DNA from: Syncephalis fuscata S228
Lineage: Eukaryota > Fungi > Zoopagomycota
Direction: 5' to 3'
Assembly: GCA_025786725.1 (NCBI GenBank)
Contig: JAHLTZ010000016.1
Location: 310,001-374,000 of the forward strand
DNA: 64,000 nt
The position numbers and the translations under genes are program-made. Every line of letters starts with the position of its first letter. The first letter of the stretch is position 1. The notes beneath the pieces are model-generated. The model was not told the origin of the DNA, did no database searches, and saw nothing but the letters and a program-made list of their open reading frames with translations. Shown piece by piece: positions 1 through 13,794 of the stretch.

Positions 1-1060
1 GATCGCCTATTGCCGCTGTTATGATAATGCGCGGATGGGAAATGCAAGATCTTCAACTACCCGCGTGGTGTCGTCATCAAAATATTACACATCCATGCGA
101 TCCATTGGTAATTAGACTAAAATTGTGTATTAATTATAATGATAAATTTAATAACTATTTTATTGATAGGCTTATCGTGTTGAGCCATTGATTATGGAGA
201 AATATGCAGATATTCCGCCTATACAAATAGATCACTTGCCTCCTCGTTCGCGTCGCCAGGCACTCTTTGACTGGATGTCACCAAGGGCGCCAACATCGTT
301 TATACCTGGTGTTGGCTATGCTTATCGATTTTTCTCTGCCTTTGCCGGCTATATGTACGGCAGCTCGGACGCTGGATCGATAAAAAGCGACGGCGATGAG
401 AATGAAGATAAGACAAGCGATGAAGCCGGTGCTAATGGTGAAGAACCGGTGCGCCATTATAGAAAACGTCGTCGAGTATCCGAAAGCAGCGAAGAACCAC
501 TGTGGTCTGAAAATCAAGAATTGTTAAACGATACTGAGTCTGATACACAATCAAATTGTAACATTGTTGTATTAGTAAGCGATGATAGTGAAGAAGAAGA
601 GGAGGAGGAGAAGAAGGAGGAGAAGGAAGAAGTCGATGGCAATGATGATGTTAAAGTAAACTCAATAGCTAAAAAACGACATAGATCGACTGCATCTATT
701 GATATAGCTGTGGATAGTACAGCTGCATCAATTAAATCATCGAAAAATGCTAATATATCGGTGGAGATTATAGATACGGCCACGATTGCCTCGACAGAGC
801 TTGTTGATCAAGATTATGTTCATATCGACATTGATACGGCTATTCGATATGCTACTGAAGATCCGAAGCCATTGGATCAACGTATTGATTTCATACTTTA
901 TGAGCCGCGATTAAGAACGCTTAACGAATATGTTATTGGCATACGTGCTCATTTCAGCTATTGGCACAGCCGTGATCTAATGCGCCATCTTTTACGATGT
1001 TTAGGTGTACATCCTATCCCCAAGTCATCATCTACCACTTCTGACACTTCCGAAAGCTGA
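1..1060 (+). CDS. 3' part of a hypothetical protein with an acidic low-complexity region; gene starts before the window (exons <1-107, 170-1060)
   Basis: Open frame 3-107 ends at a GTAATT donor; TAG acceptor at 167-169 joins in frame to ORF 188-1060. Contains an E/D/K-rich tract. No family recognised. Confidence 0.6.
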
Positions 1061-1562
1061 TACATAAGTATTATAATTATTATTGCTTTAATTAATAGAA
1101 AGATATATATATAAATTTTGATAATAAATAAGTTTAATGCCAATACATTATTGTTATTATTAATAATAGCAATACTAGTATTGCTTTGATTCATAGTATA
1201 TACATATAGTAATAAATAATTCTAATAATTATTAATGCCAATATTTGTTAGATATTCTTTTCAAATAAATCTTATTACAAAAAATACCAGTGTATTTATA
1301 TTAACTGGTCAACAATAAACATTAGTAAATAATTAAACATTATACATAAATTTGTAGAAAAACACGATACACTAGTTTAGTTGTGAGTTTACAAATTGCA
1401 ATTATTAACTATATACATATAGTCAGAGAGGTAAGATGCTAGAACAATAATGCCAAAGATGCGAAATAAATAGTGCGCGTACATGCCGAGAAACGGAATA
1501 ATAACAAGCGACACGTTATGCCTCTGAATGGCCGTGACACGCGCGCTTATGACTGTCGTACA

Positions 1563-2867
1563 CTAGATATGTGCAGCGGTTAAAGACGCCACCTGCCATG
1601 TCGACGAGTCTAATGATTGATCCGTCATGCCAAAAAGAAGAGGAAGCTCTGGCTCAGTGTTATCGGCCATCGCCGCTCCAAGCATGGCTTTTGAATTTAA
1701 GACGTCATTAGGATCTTGCCAAAAATCATGCACATCACTAGGATTGAATGGATACTGGCCGGTATACTGCAATGGCGATTGTTGTTGTAGCTGTTGGTGT
1801 TGATAGTGATGATGATGCTGCTGTTGTTGTTGTTGCTGCTGGAACTGGTCCATGCTAATGCTAGTATTGATGCCCGACAAGAGCTCATGGGTAAGGAATG
1901 CATCGGCTGGCATACCGAGTAATAGATTGGCATCCAATGTGGCATACATGTCGGGGACAGAAGGGGGCGAGTTTAACAACAGCGTGCTATCATGAGCATT
2001 GATATCTGAAACATCTATTAATAAAGTGGATCGATTAGTAAACTAGAATATTAACGGGTATAATCTACACCGCCAAAGATATAGATGACGTACCAACGGA
2101 GACATTTGGTGATATGCCTAAGTGGGCCTCAAACTGGGCCAGACCCTGAAACGATGGCGAACCATCCTGACAGGCCGATAATGTTGGACTTAAAATGGTT
2201 GGTAGCAGTGTTGGGCTGCCGATATGTGGCGACATCAAAGGTGACATTAACGCCGGTGGGCTTGGTGGCATCGTATCGATCGACTCGTCAAATAGATCCG
2301 ATGAAACATTTGATGGACGCAACTTTGGATGCTTTTTTTTAAAGTGAGCCGTCAAATCTGGACGACGAGTGAAATGGACATGGCATAACTAGAGTATAAT
2401 AAATAAATAAATGAATTGTTAATATTAGCGATGATGATCAATAATGAATAATTGTAGTAATAATGGGTAATAGCCAGTAAAATACATTAATATTAATACA
2501 AATATTAATAATTTTAATAATGTCTATCATCATTACACCTTCATTAATCCATAATAATGCTTACCTCGCAGGCAAATTCCTTCCAGCCTAATTCACGTGC
2601 CAAATGGCCACGGATATGTGCTTCAGTGCTGTAGGAGCCGGGACGGAACCGCTTAGAACAAGTTCCCCAATGACACTCGACGGTAACATTTGGATTTGTC
2701 GTCGTTGCACGATAGAACAATCCATGATCTTTACGCCAGTGGTCGAGCAGCACTTTGCCGGAGCCATAGCTATCGGTGATAAACGAGCAGCCCTGCCATT
2801 TACACCGTAGCGATGCTGGTCCACGATGTACCGCCCGGGTACGTGCTGTTGCTGTTGCTTGCTTCAT
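1563..2867 (-). CDS. ZF-1: divergent PacC/Rim101-like three-finger C2H2 transcription factor (exons 2867-2565, 2388-2094, ~2013-1563)
   Basis: CKWQGC...H...H and CHWGTC...HIRGH fingers carry the Trp-containing CxWxxC motif. Finger 3 is FACE|LCHVHFTRRPDLTAHFKKKH after splicing. Ser/Pro/Gln-rich tail. Confidence 0.8.
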
Positions 2868-4168
2868 GATGAATAGATGTTATTTGAATGAAAGAATGCA
2901 AAAAGAAGATATTGACAAATGGATAGACCCGTCAGACGCAGATCGATTCAAAAAGAAACAAAATAAAAATGAATCGAACCGGCTCGGCAGTCGAAAACCG
3001 AAAAATGAAAGTAAATGACAAAAGCGAAATTAATTGCGTGCGTATTGTGGCGGAGCCCATGGTACTCGGCCTTTGCATTGGCGTATTTATTACCATTTCA
3101 CGAGACAGCACCACAATCCATATTGCCACTTTCTCTCCGTCTAGGCACCAATGCCCAAAACGGATTGTTTCTTCAAAGATAGTCACCTTGCTGCACAGCA
3201 TAGCATGTGCACCGCTAATAATTGCTACTCAGTCATCATATGGTCGTCCTATTGCCGTCGTTGTCATACCGTCTTCTTTGCTGCATTGTGAGCGCGAAAA
3301 TAGGCCACTTTCGTAGTGTGTGTAATGTAAAATAGGACATGCCAACCTGCTGTGTAATGTACACACATTGTGATGCCTATTCTTATCGCAAAACTGCACA
3401 TGGTGTGTCATTATCCAAAATTGCGTTGTCTACGTGTGCTATAATCGACCTGCACCGCTCACTAACCAATCAATAGACTAGTTTGTATCACACGGGCACG
3501 GCATAAGTTCCCGTTTAATTCTGTTCGGCTATTCTTAAACATTCACACAAATACACTGCATACCGCACACTACACACTACACACTACACAATACACATTG
3601 AACACACGTCTACGCATTGTCTGGATTAATGCAGTGCTTCAACGCTCTTTTGCAATCAATAAAACATGAATGTAAAATAATTGAATTGAATTGTAACACA
3701 AAGACTCTACTGTTATTCTTGGCACTTGCAGAATGAACATTGTTATACTTATGACAAATCACCAAATGGAGGAACATCCGCGCGACACAATAAGAATAAA
3801 AAACGAATGATACATGCCACGGCCAAAAGGCAAAAAAAACAATAGTCGGAACTGGACGGCGATAATATGACGAAATGACCAAACAAGGAAGTGCTGATCA
3901 TTACGCCATAGTGAATTGTATTCGTTCCTTCATCTGAATAGTGATAATTAAAAAAGAAAAGGAAAAAAGCCAAAATAGTATTAATAGAACCATGATGGCA
4001 ACAACAACGACAATTATGACTGATAATGGTACCCATTATTATTACTATTACAAGCATTAAAAAAACTGACTAATAATAAATAATAGGTACTATTATTACA
4101 ACAACTGATACTACTTTACTACTACTACTACTACATGACTAATTATTGCACAAATTGTCAACGTTTCA

Positions 4169-5479
4169 TTAAAATCCGTGACTGTAGTCGGGCACCTCGA
4201 AATTGAAATCCAATGAGCTGAACAATTCAAACTCAGGTGGTTGCGTTGACAATGGAGTAGCATACGTCCTATCGGCGGTAGATGGTAGCTCCGGCTCACT
4301 TGCAAGGTCTAATGTTTATTTTTATTAATGTGATGGTAATAATTTTGATAATGACGATGTTTTTTGTTTTTGTACGTATTGTCGGAATTTGTATTAGTAT
4401 TGCTTCTATTTTAAAATAAAAACTCCGACATACCTTTTGTGCGATCAAGAGTTGACCAGTAGTTGCTTGTGGTCAAATTCTGTTCAGCTAATGAACAAGG
4501 CCTCAAATCTTCATCACTCTTGTTCGCGCTATGTTTAGCAGACGCTTGTTTCGATACATCTTGCTTTAGGTCGTCCAATTCGTCACTAATAGTGTCTATG
4601 AAACAATAACAGTGGTCGGTTTAAATGAGCTAAAGCTTTATAAAACACCCATTTTAAGACACTTACCTTGACCATTTTGCTCCATATTCAATAGTATATT
4701 AAAATACTGATAATTCATGTATGCTGGATAGCTATGAATAAAATTGATCAGATCGGGTGCAGTTATGCTTAAAGTATTGCCATCGGGCATACTGCCAAAT
4801 GAAGTACCATGGGCCGTATCTTCTAATGGCGTGGGTACTATAGCAATGGATGTAGTATCCTGATCTATTGGGGTGAATAGCGAGACGGCTAATGGATTAG
4901 TACACGTTCCTGAGACAGCATGGTCATAAGGAACTGGTATTATTAGAGGCGACGGTTTCGGCGTCATATCAGGCTCGTCGTCCTTTGGATTGCACTTATC
5001 CACTTTAGCGCTATTTAGTGACGATGGCGGAAATTTACATTTTTTGCGATGGCGTAATATTTCAGACTTTTTGGGCGTTCGCATCGGACATCCCTTTTGA
5101 ATCAAGTATTATCAACATAAATATAATAAACATAAAACAGAACCCAATTATTAATGACAATCAAAGCTAAGATAAAGATAGATAGAAACAATAAACAAAA
5201 ACCTACCAGATGACCGCACAAATACGGCTTTAATCCATAAGTTCGGCATGTCTTTCGTGACAAGTGCGACTTGAGACAAAACTTTTTCTTTGTTGCGTAA
5301 GTACAACTGGGATAGGGACAGGTGAGTTTGTCGGAAGAACTGCGTGAGCTATGAGTCACAAGATGTTCTACAAACGCAGCAACGTCCTCTTTCTGACACG
5401 ATGTAGCGTAGGAGCAGCGTACTGTGTAGTCGCCATAAGGGCAAGATAGGTTATACGATCCATGATGAGGATGTATCAT
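4169..5479 (-). CDS. ZF-2: highly divergent zinc-finger transcription factor of the same cluster (4 exons; first 5479-5207, second starts 5093)
   Basis: LTCPYPSCTYATKKKFCLKSH, linker LKPYLC, and finger 3 CGHL|GCPMRTPKKSEILRHRKKC. Phase-consistent GT-AG exons can be traced to a TAA at 4171-4169. Confidence 0.7.
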
Positions 5480-5623
5480 AGCGCTAGCAAAAGGGATATA
5501 GTAAAAAGTATAGTGCAAAAAGACAAATTAATACCAAGAAAGTTAAGCAGTACTAAACGAAAGCTATATACGCTTAAGCAAATAGACAGAGGACGGCGTT
5601 GAGTCAATATAAAGGTGTATTTC

Positions 5624-5626
<3 letters not shown>

Positions 5627-5657
<31 letters not shown>

Positions 5658-5726
5658 TTTGTATGGGCTAGTTTACGAACAAGCGGATATGTGCGCGCGT
5701 GTGTGTATGTGTGTGTGTGTGTGTGT
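5627..5726. repeat. (GT)n microsatellites upstream of ZF-2
   Basis: Two GT dinucleotide tracts. Confidence 0.85.
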
Positions 5727-7490
5727 ATGTATCGACCAGTGAAATATACGGGCTATTGAGGAGATGAATAGTTCAGTGGTAACCTGACGAGAACAGCAGT
5801 TATGGTGTGTGGTGAGACTAGTGGAAAAAGACTACAACTCAACCAGAGCTGGCACAATTTTTCGCTGTTTAAGAATTGATAGTTGGGCGTTGCAACCTAC
5901 ATCAAAGGCAAAGCCGGTTAACGGATTTTAGCCTTGAAAAACATCGAGACGTTAGGCACACACGTTGGTATTAAAAGGGAGCAGCGTTTAATGGGCCTTT
6001 CGTAATAAAATAACATCATCATTGTTGCTAGAATGTCATTGTTGTCATCGTCACTTTAATAAATACTCTATTGCTATACTAGAATGTGGAAATATGCACT
6101 AATAACTATTGTTATCTTTAATGTATTGGGGTGGTGTATAATGCACACACACACCCACAGTAATATTCTTTTCAAACGGGCCATTTTTTGTGTAAGGGAG
6201 TAAACTCAATTGTTTTATTGGTACGATACTTAAGAAAGAGCAGAACAATTGTGGAGATTACCGGCTACTACGTGCATTATCTGTCAGAAATACTAAACAG
6301 CTGTAGATGCTTGTTCACACACGGAATGTGGTATAATTGTAGGGATTTCTCTAATACTATACGCTGCAGTTTCAACGCACTAAGGGCGTAACCTGTGAGG
6401 GAAATTCTATTGGTTCGTAAAGTTTCTTTGTTCGATATTGCCGGCTGAAATGCACTTTTAAATACTAAAACGCCATATAGAACCGCAATACGCCAAGACT
6501 TTCAAGGCGGCCTTTCTAGTGACAGATATCGACTCAAGTTGCACAATGGTTACTGCGCCAAGTGGCTATTAGATGTTTACTTTTAATGATTTTAACAAAG
6601 AAAACCATGTAGCAATGAAGGTGAGGAGGAATGGGCAGAAATCAAAGAAACTAAAAGTGGGAGATTGAGAGGGACGGAGTCGTAGGTAAAGGTAGCGGCG
6701 GCGGTAATAAGGAGGGGAAAGAAAGAAAGCGAGAAGAGTGCGCATTGTTAAGTTATACGATGAATAACAAAATAATAAGTAAAAGTCTAAGTCCATGTAT
6801 CCGTGTTTTACCACCACTATAGCTTTACCAATGCATAAACAATAGACAGTGTACAAAAGCACCATCTATAAGCAATGATACTGCGTAATGGTATACAAAA
6901 CACGGAGATTAAGGTGGAATACTTTGTTACCGCCGTAATAATTCAACGACTATTGGGCAACTCGCTCTCGCTAACTCTCTTGTCGTGGCAAGTGACCATA
7001 CAATCGCTTGCACGCACAGTAGGCAAATTGACTGGACAGTGCAAATAAAGAAGGAAAGAATACAGGGAAGATATGCTAGGGACATGCAACGCCGAAGTGT
7101 CGACGAACAGCAGGAAACGACCGAAGAAAACTGGATAAAACACAAAACAACGCAACTGGAAAAAGGAAAAACTATAACGAGTAGAGGAAGATGTAAAAAA
7201 ATAAGCGTTGTATGAATGAGTAATTGTGCGTGCATGCGTGCGTATAGATTGTATAAATTATATTATAATGTTAACAGAAAAGATTATAATACACCCATCT
7301 ATTAGATCGATATACAAATAATCACTAATTAAACCATCATATTATATCAATAAACAACTGTACACACTACCATAACAATAAAATAGTGGCATAGCACATT
7401 ACATCGCTTCACACGTCATTCACCTTTCTAAACTTCACAATCGAAATAAAATGATTGGATGCTACTACTGCTATTCTGCTACGGCTGCTA

Positions 7491-9350
7491 TTACTGGAGA
7501 TGAGCGTGGTGATGATGATGGTGGTGAACGGTAGTGGTGGTGGTGGTCATTGGCTGTAGCATAGTTGGCAGTTTACGGGCGCTGCTAGGCATAATAGGGA
7601 AGTTGGCCTGAGATAATGGATTGTAAGCAGGATCGCATTTGCCATAGATCATAGGCGATGGCATATTTGTAGAGGAGAAAAGAGGATGATCGAAGCTATT
7701 GGCGGAGACGGTGCTGCCAAGGCTTTTCACGCTAACGTTATCGCTATCGTCCGAGTCGGATGACGACGACATAGCAATCTTGCCTTCCAAGAGTGGCAGC
7801 CAATGGGAGACATTATCAAATGCGTTGTCACCTTGGACTAGTTCGGAAAAGCTGGCACCATCACCACCATTAGCGTTCATAGTATTATTAGCAACCATTG
7901 ATGGGCGTTGTGCTTGATAATAATGATCATCCATACTTGGACTTTGGGTTTCAGTGTCTCGAAGACCTGTATAAATAAAGTAGTATAATATAAATAAAAT
8001 AATTGTTAGCATAATAAACATATAAATTAATAATAACAAAATAGTGCAAAACAACCAACCAACCAAACAAACAAACAAACAAACAAACAAAACAAACACG
8101 CACACACACAACGCTTATCGCCAATATTTAGCAAAAAGACACGTACGGGGATAAAAGCGGCAGTCCAAGTTAGCGGGACAAACGCGCATACTTGCCTTGC
8201 GGATTGACCAATATATGAGCCATTGGGTCCGTTGGGCAAGCTACCGGTGCACTGACGGGCGCCTCGTTAAGGTGTGGTATGGGAAGGCAAGTGAGCCAGG
8301 GTGATTGACAAATTGTTGATAGCCATGGCCAGGCTGATTCATCGACGAAAAGTCGGGTGACATGGCAAAGTGGCCAGCGGCTTCCATCATCGTCATTAAC
8401 GAGCTACGGTGGTCATTCATGCCATTAGGGGCCATTGGGGCGCTAATGGGGGATGCCGCCGATACAGCTGTAAAGGCATAGTCCGATAGTGCTGGCGGTG
8501 GGGCCAATGGACCAGAGAAGGTTGGTGGAGCAGAGTGGGTAAATGAATACTCTGGCATAGCATCACACGGCTGTGAAGGAGGAATGCAGCTAAAGTCGTC
8601 CTCTGGAATGCTTAAACGGCGTTCACGTTCCTCCTTAACGCGCGATGCAGTCGAACGACCAGCCCGTGGGCGGAGTGGAGTAGCATCAGGGTGCTTACGC
8701 GCTAGATGCTTCTTTTGGTCGCCGCGGTGTTTGAATCGTTCATCACAAAGCTATAAAAGGCAATAATAAATACACGTGAATTAGCACCATTGACTAACAA
8801 ATAAAGGCAAATCATATGAATGCAAATGATTATGGATGTGTGTACACAAACACGAGTCAAATGCCAATGTACACAGCCCACATAGGCATTGCTGTGCCAA
8901 AATGGTCATTGCTGTATGAATACTTACCTCACAGCCAAAGGGGCGCCAGTCTAAATGTTTCTTCATGTGCGACTTTAGTCGGAAAAGACTTGGTCGAACT
9001 TCATCGCAGCCGACCCAACGGCAGGTAAGGCCAGAGGCACTGGGCTCAGCACTACCTACAGCTTGCAAGCGAGACGACAAATGCTCAGTTTCAATATGTC
9101 TCCAAATTGCATCGCCAGTAGCAAAGGCGTGATCGCAAAGCATGCAATCCTCCCAACGGCAAAAGAACGGGCCGAGTAGACGAGCATTATTGCCATTACG
9201 GCTAGTCGTGATACTGCCACGACGAATAGGGCCGGCAATACGACCGTTCATGGACGGCGATGCGCTCGGCGACAACGACGGGCTGTTATGGAAGGGAAGC
9301 ATACCGTTTTCAGCTACCGACGACAAGGAGAAGTGGGCAAAATTGTCCAT
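7491..9350 (-). CDS. ZF-3: PacC/Rim101-like C2H2 transcription factor (exons 9350-8928, 8750-8196, 7966-7491; apparent 1-nt deficit near 8282)
   Basis: CRWEDC...HIETEH, CRWVGC...LKSHMKKH, and RPFGCE|LCDERFKHRGDQKKHLARKH. Poly-His C-terminus. Confidence 0.8.
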
Positions 9351-10094
9351 TATTAAGTTAAACAAGTATAATGCAATTGACGACTGAACAAAGAAGTAAA
9401 AGCGTGCTTGCGTGTTTCAGCTACAGAGTAAAGCGGAATGCAGTTTGAAAAGTACAATAACAAAATGGTTTCACGCGAAGCCTAGATTATTATTGGTGTT
9501 GATATTGATGTGGTGGGTTGGATTGTTAATAAAGCAGTAGCAGCAGGAAAAAGAATATCACCGTAAAAACGTTAAGACAAGCAAATCAATCAAACAATTC
9601 GTGATATCTTTGAATGAATAGAATCGTAGAAATAGCAAGTATGTAGAGTGTGAAAGTGAGTAGCGTAGCGTTATTGGCAAGAATGTGACCAGCAACGTAA
9701 AGATCAAAGCGTAAATCAACTAAAACGAACTATCCAATAAATTGGTTCGTTAAAGACAGTGAAAAAAAGGATAGAGCGTTGGTAGAAGAAGTAGAAGATA
9801 GTAACGATGCTGTTTGCAATAGTAGTAGCGCAGCAGCGGTTGGTGTTTTGAAGCGTAAAAGAAAGAAGTAAGCACGAGCGATAAGAGGATGGGGCGGAAA
9901 ACTAAGGCGACAAGCAAGAATGGTGCAGAGCGTGACTGTACGACAAGTGCTGGTAAAAATAGCTAACACCGAAAGATATAACAATGTGTGTGTTGTTATG
10001 TGGTTTAGAATGAGTGGAAAAAAATGGTTTCAAGAGATATGGAACGTAGACGGAAATAAATGAGCTGATAGGAGGAGTGGTGTGTGATGGCAGA

Positions 10095-10168
10095 GTTAGT
10101 AGTAGTTAGTAGTAGTAGTAGTAGTTAGTAGTAGTAAGTAGTAAGTAGTAAGTAGTAGTAAGTAGTAA
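10095..10168. repeat. (AGT/AGTA)n degenerate microsatellite upstream of ZF-3
   Basis: agttagtagtagttagtagtagt...aagtagtaagtagta. Confidence 0.85.
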
Positions 10169-10355
10169 ATGGTAAGTGTGTGTGTGTGGGACGGTGGTAG
10201 TGATAAGCTAAAGGGAGTCCTGAGCAATGCTGCGATAGATGGGTGTATAAAAAAGAACCGCTGTTTGGGAGTGTTTTATAAAGTCAATTAAATAGAACGT
10301 TTCGACACAGCGTAAAGCGATAGTGCAAGACGGAGAGACGAAAATAGAGAAACGA

Positions 10356-13300
10356 GCCAAGAGTGCAAAGTGGGTGTAAATGTGTGTATGTATTGGCCAG
10401 CCATCATAATTGCTTGTATCATGACTGGTGTACAACCGGTTATGCCTCCGCAGCGGAGTCTCGTTCAATGAGCGTAGCCAACGGCCAGCCAACAAGACGA
10501 AGCGACGAAGGAGGAGGAGGAGGAGGGGGGACAGAACGAATGCCAGTTGGTGTTACCATGTTGATGAATATTTGCGTCAATGGCTGCACCCGGATGAAAA
10601 TGCAAGCCGGTCTCGACTTCGGCAAAGCAGCCAATCAGCAAGAGCGGTTTGGACAATGTTTTATTAAAGAATTGCTGCTTTATTCAGTTAACAATGAAAA
10701 TACGCATTGCTACATTACATCATTGATGGTGCTACTGTTGGCAATCTAAATAGATTATGCATCATTGCCTGCTTGTATACCTGTCTACCTGTTCGTATAC
10801 CTGATGCTGCTGCTACCCCATCATCGTATGGCGAGCAAGTGAGTAAGCCCACTAACGTGAAAAATACTTGTGCGCGCATGTGCATGAGAATTAATACATG
10901 TGTGTGTGTGTGTGTGTGTCATAGTAAAGCAGAGATGGTTGCACTTACGGTGGCACACACACACACCAACATACACAAACTACGCACCCATTATCAATCG
11001 ATGGAAGCGCAGAGGAACAAGGCGCACTTTACCAATCGAGAAAGTATCATGATGAAATAGGTTGAACACAGTGTTATGACAATACAAATACATACAAAAG
11101 TAGCGAAACAAACTTACAGCCCCTTGTTTCGTAAAAATGTGCCACCAAGTCGATGTTTCTTTCTTCCATCGTCGCCTCGACGCCGTCTTGTACAGCTGAC
11201 CATGCAGTAAAATGGCATTTTGGACCCTTACCGGCAATCAGCCAATGATACGCGTTAGCGAACTATAGATCACATGAAAACATTTTTAGTGCTGCTGTTA
11301 TTGAAACGATGGCGTTGTAAAGCCGTCGAACAATCTAGCAATGAATTACTGGTATCGGATGATAGATATACCGCATGCTTGTTCACGGATTGGACACATT
11401 ACTGGTTGCGAAATGCATCTTATGGCAACGATTACCATTAGTAGATGTTTATTACTAGTTATTATCATTATTGATGGTCAAAGTTTTCACAGCCGTACTA
11501 GAATACACCTTTAGCATTGGGTATTGACCGCGCTAAGTATGCACGAATAACAAACGAATAAACGAATGAATGGTTGCTGCTGAAAGAACAAAGGATAGCC
11601 TGTTTTCTTTCTCATTCTTGCCTGCTTCTAGCAACATGCAAAGTGCACGTTTCGGGGGCGAGACTTTTGCGCTTTCGCTAGTTTTTTCAGAAAACCGGTC
11701 TTGCGCATTTCTTTTTATTCATTATCACTTTCTCAAAAATGATCGTGCATGAGCGACCCCGCCCATAGGCAAGCCAGTAGTACGGTGCTGAATGAGCGTC
11801 AACAAGCCTTCGTTTGTGTTTCATATCGAGGAGCTCGTTTATGGTTACTCAATAAACGTAAAAATGGCCGGTCATCATAGTTAATGGCGTGCTGTTTCAT
11901 AATAAATGATTGAAGATGTGTAGCGCAGACAGTGAATAAACTATTTTACAAATATGAGGTGTTCCACGTCGCCCTGTCGTTCTGACTTAAGCAAGTTGAA
12001 CACGGCCTTGAGCCTAGGCCGTGGAAACTACAGCTATTTCCGTAGTTTATGGCTACCTTGTTAGAGGCGGTCCGCGGAAATTTGTTTAATTCAAGACTGA
12101 TCAATATTCATTAATATAGACCTGTTTGCGAAACCCAGTACAACCTTAGATATGCCTTGGCAGTACTATTCTTAACTGCCATCCAGGTATCCGCCGCTTG
12201 CCTTTCGCTACAAGAGGCCAGCTTGTATTCAAAGTCCTAAGGTCTTATGCATCCAGATCGTCCCCAAGATCTACCAGTATTTTTGGCCAGCACTGTAACT
12301 TGTCGTTAACGCCACAGTCAGCACTGTTGCTGTCGTTGTTGTTGCAGCTGTTGCATTTGCTATCAGTGCCATCAGTGCTATTTTTATTGCTGCACACATA
12401 GCTACAGCCATGATAAACCAATGTCGTGCAAGCATGGAAGGGAGAACAGGCGTTGAGTCGATCCATAAAAGAGATTAACACAATTGCTTTTCGTTCACTC
12501 CACCAATGCTGACAATGGATTTAAAACTACATTACCATACTTGGACACTAATTAAAAACTACTAATTGAGTTGGGGCGATAGACACTTTGAATGGATGAG
12601 GTGCCAAGCGTTCCCCACGTGCATGGTATCCATTTTGGGACGCAATTATTAATCTGCAATGAATGGCCGTGGTCGGTGAATGAAAGCCCGAAATCACCAC
12701 ATGAAGAATACTGCCTTCCTTGCATTGTAGAAAAAACGGCTATCATTGCACAATCTCTCACATTCACTCGCACACACTTGCACTCACATCACATCACATC
12801 ACATTACGGCAAATTGTACAGTACAACTAGTCATGTTGATGTGGATCTTTTTTAAGAAAAACAAGATGCTGTTGATGACTGTACTAAATTGAGCTGCATA
12901 GCTTTTAATAGCCATTTACCCGAATTGCGCTTTTGCCGGCTAATTGCATAGAATAATGCATTGGCGGCATCTGCGATATAGTTACCGACAAAATTATAGA
13001 TTGCTTGACTGATGAGTAATGACTATCTATTACTTTGATAATTCGCTTGGCAGATGTGTTTTATTGTTGTTCCCGTTCCAGCCACGCGACATGATGAGAC
13101 ATCCATTGATCATGTTATCTATTGTACAGCAGCAATAAACAATGTTAATAAAATTTTATTCACAGTCCCAGCAACATCCATAGCAACAAAGCCATCTCAT
13201 TGAGCAAAAGGTAGCATTATGCCCATATTGCTGGTCACGAGAACAGCGGTAACATAAACGCTGCAGTCGGAGTGTGCCATGCATTTGGCTGCCGCTTGGC

Positions 13301-13419
13301 CTATATTGGTATACACGCCTACGCTTGGCTAATAAGCTGCTCTATTTTTGTTTACGCAAGCTGAACAGTTCCCGGATAAATATTATGTGTCTGCTTCTAT
13401 GAAAACAATTGCTGCCAAG
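10356..13419. promoter_or_regulatory. Seven PacC-type GCCAAG sites in the divergent ZF-3/ZF-4 intergenic region
   Basis: GCCAAG or CTTGGC at 10356, 12156, 12603, 13046, 13295, 13324 and 13414. Confidence 0.5.
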
Positions 13420-13727
13420 CAATGTCTACTTGTTTTATTATTCTAAATTCGTGATAGTATAGATCCTCGCGACAGGCTCTATCGTTTCACCGTGACTTGC
13501 GCGTCATTCTACCGCACGTCGATCTTTTATTCGGTGTAACAAATGTCGGAGTTACTTTCTTATAAAATGAACATGTTAGAAAAGCACGTTGTTTTTTCTT
13601 TGACTAACCTCGATTCATATTTCGTTTTATCAACGTATCCGTTCTACATTCATTCGTTTATTACTGTGATTGTTGTATCAAAGTATAAGAAATACTATTG
13701 AAGTTTACAAACACTATCAATAGTTAT

Positions 13728-13794
13728 TACTACTACTATCTTCATCACTACTACTACTTACTACTTACTACTACTACTACTACTACTACTACTA
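13728..13794. repeat. (CTA/CTTA)n degenerate microsatellite upstream of ZF-4
   Basis: tactactactat...ctactactacttactacttactactactac. Confidence 0.85.

Noticed and set aside
8241-8243. Stop-codon readthrough in ZF-3 (TAG then GTATGC donor)
   Set aside because: A one-base homopolymer deficit gives a more natural sequence and matches the error pattern seen in four other genes.
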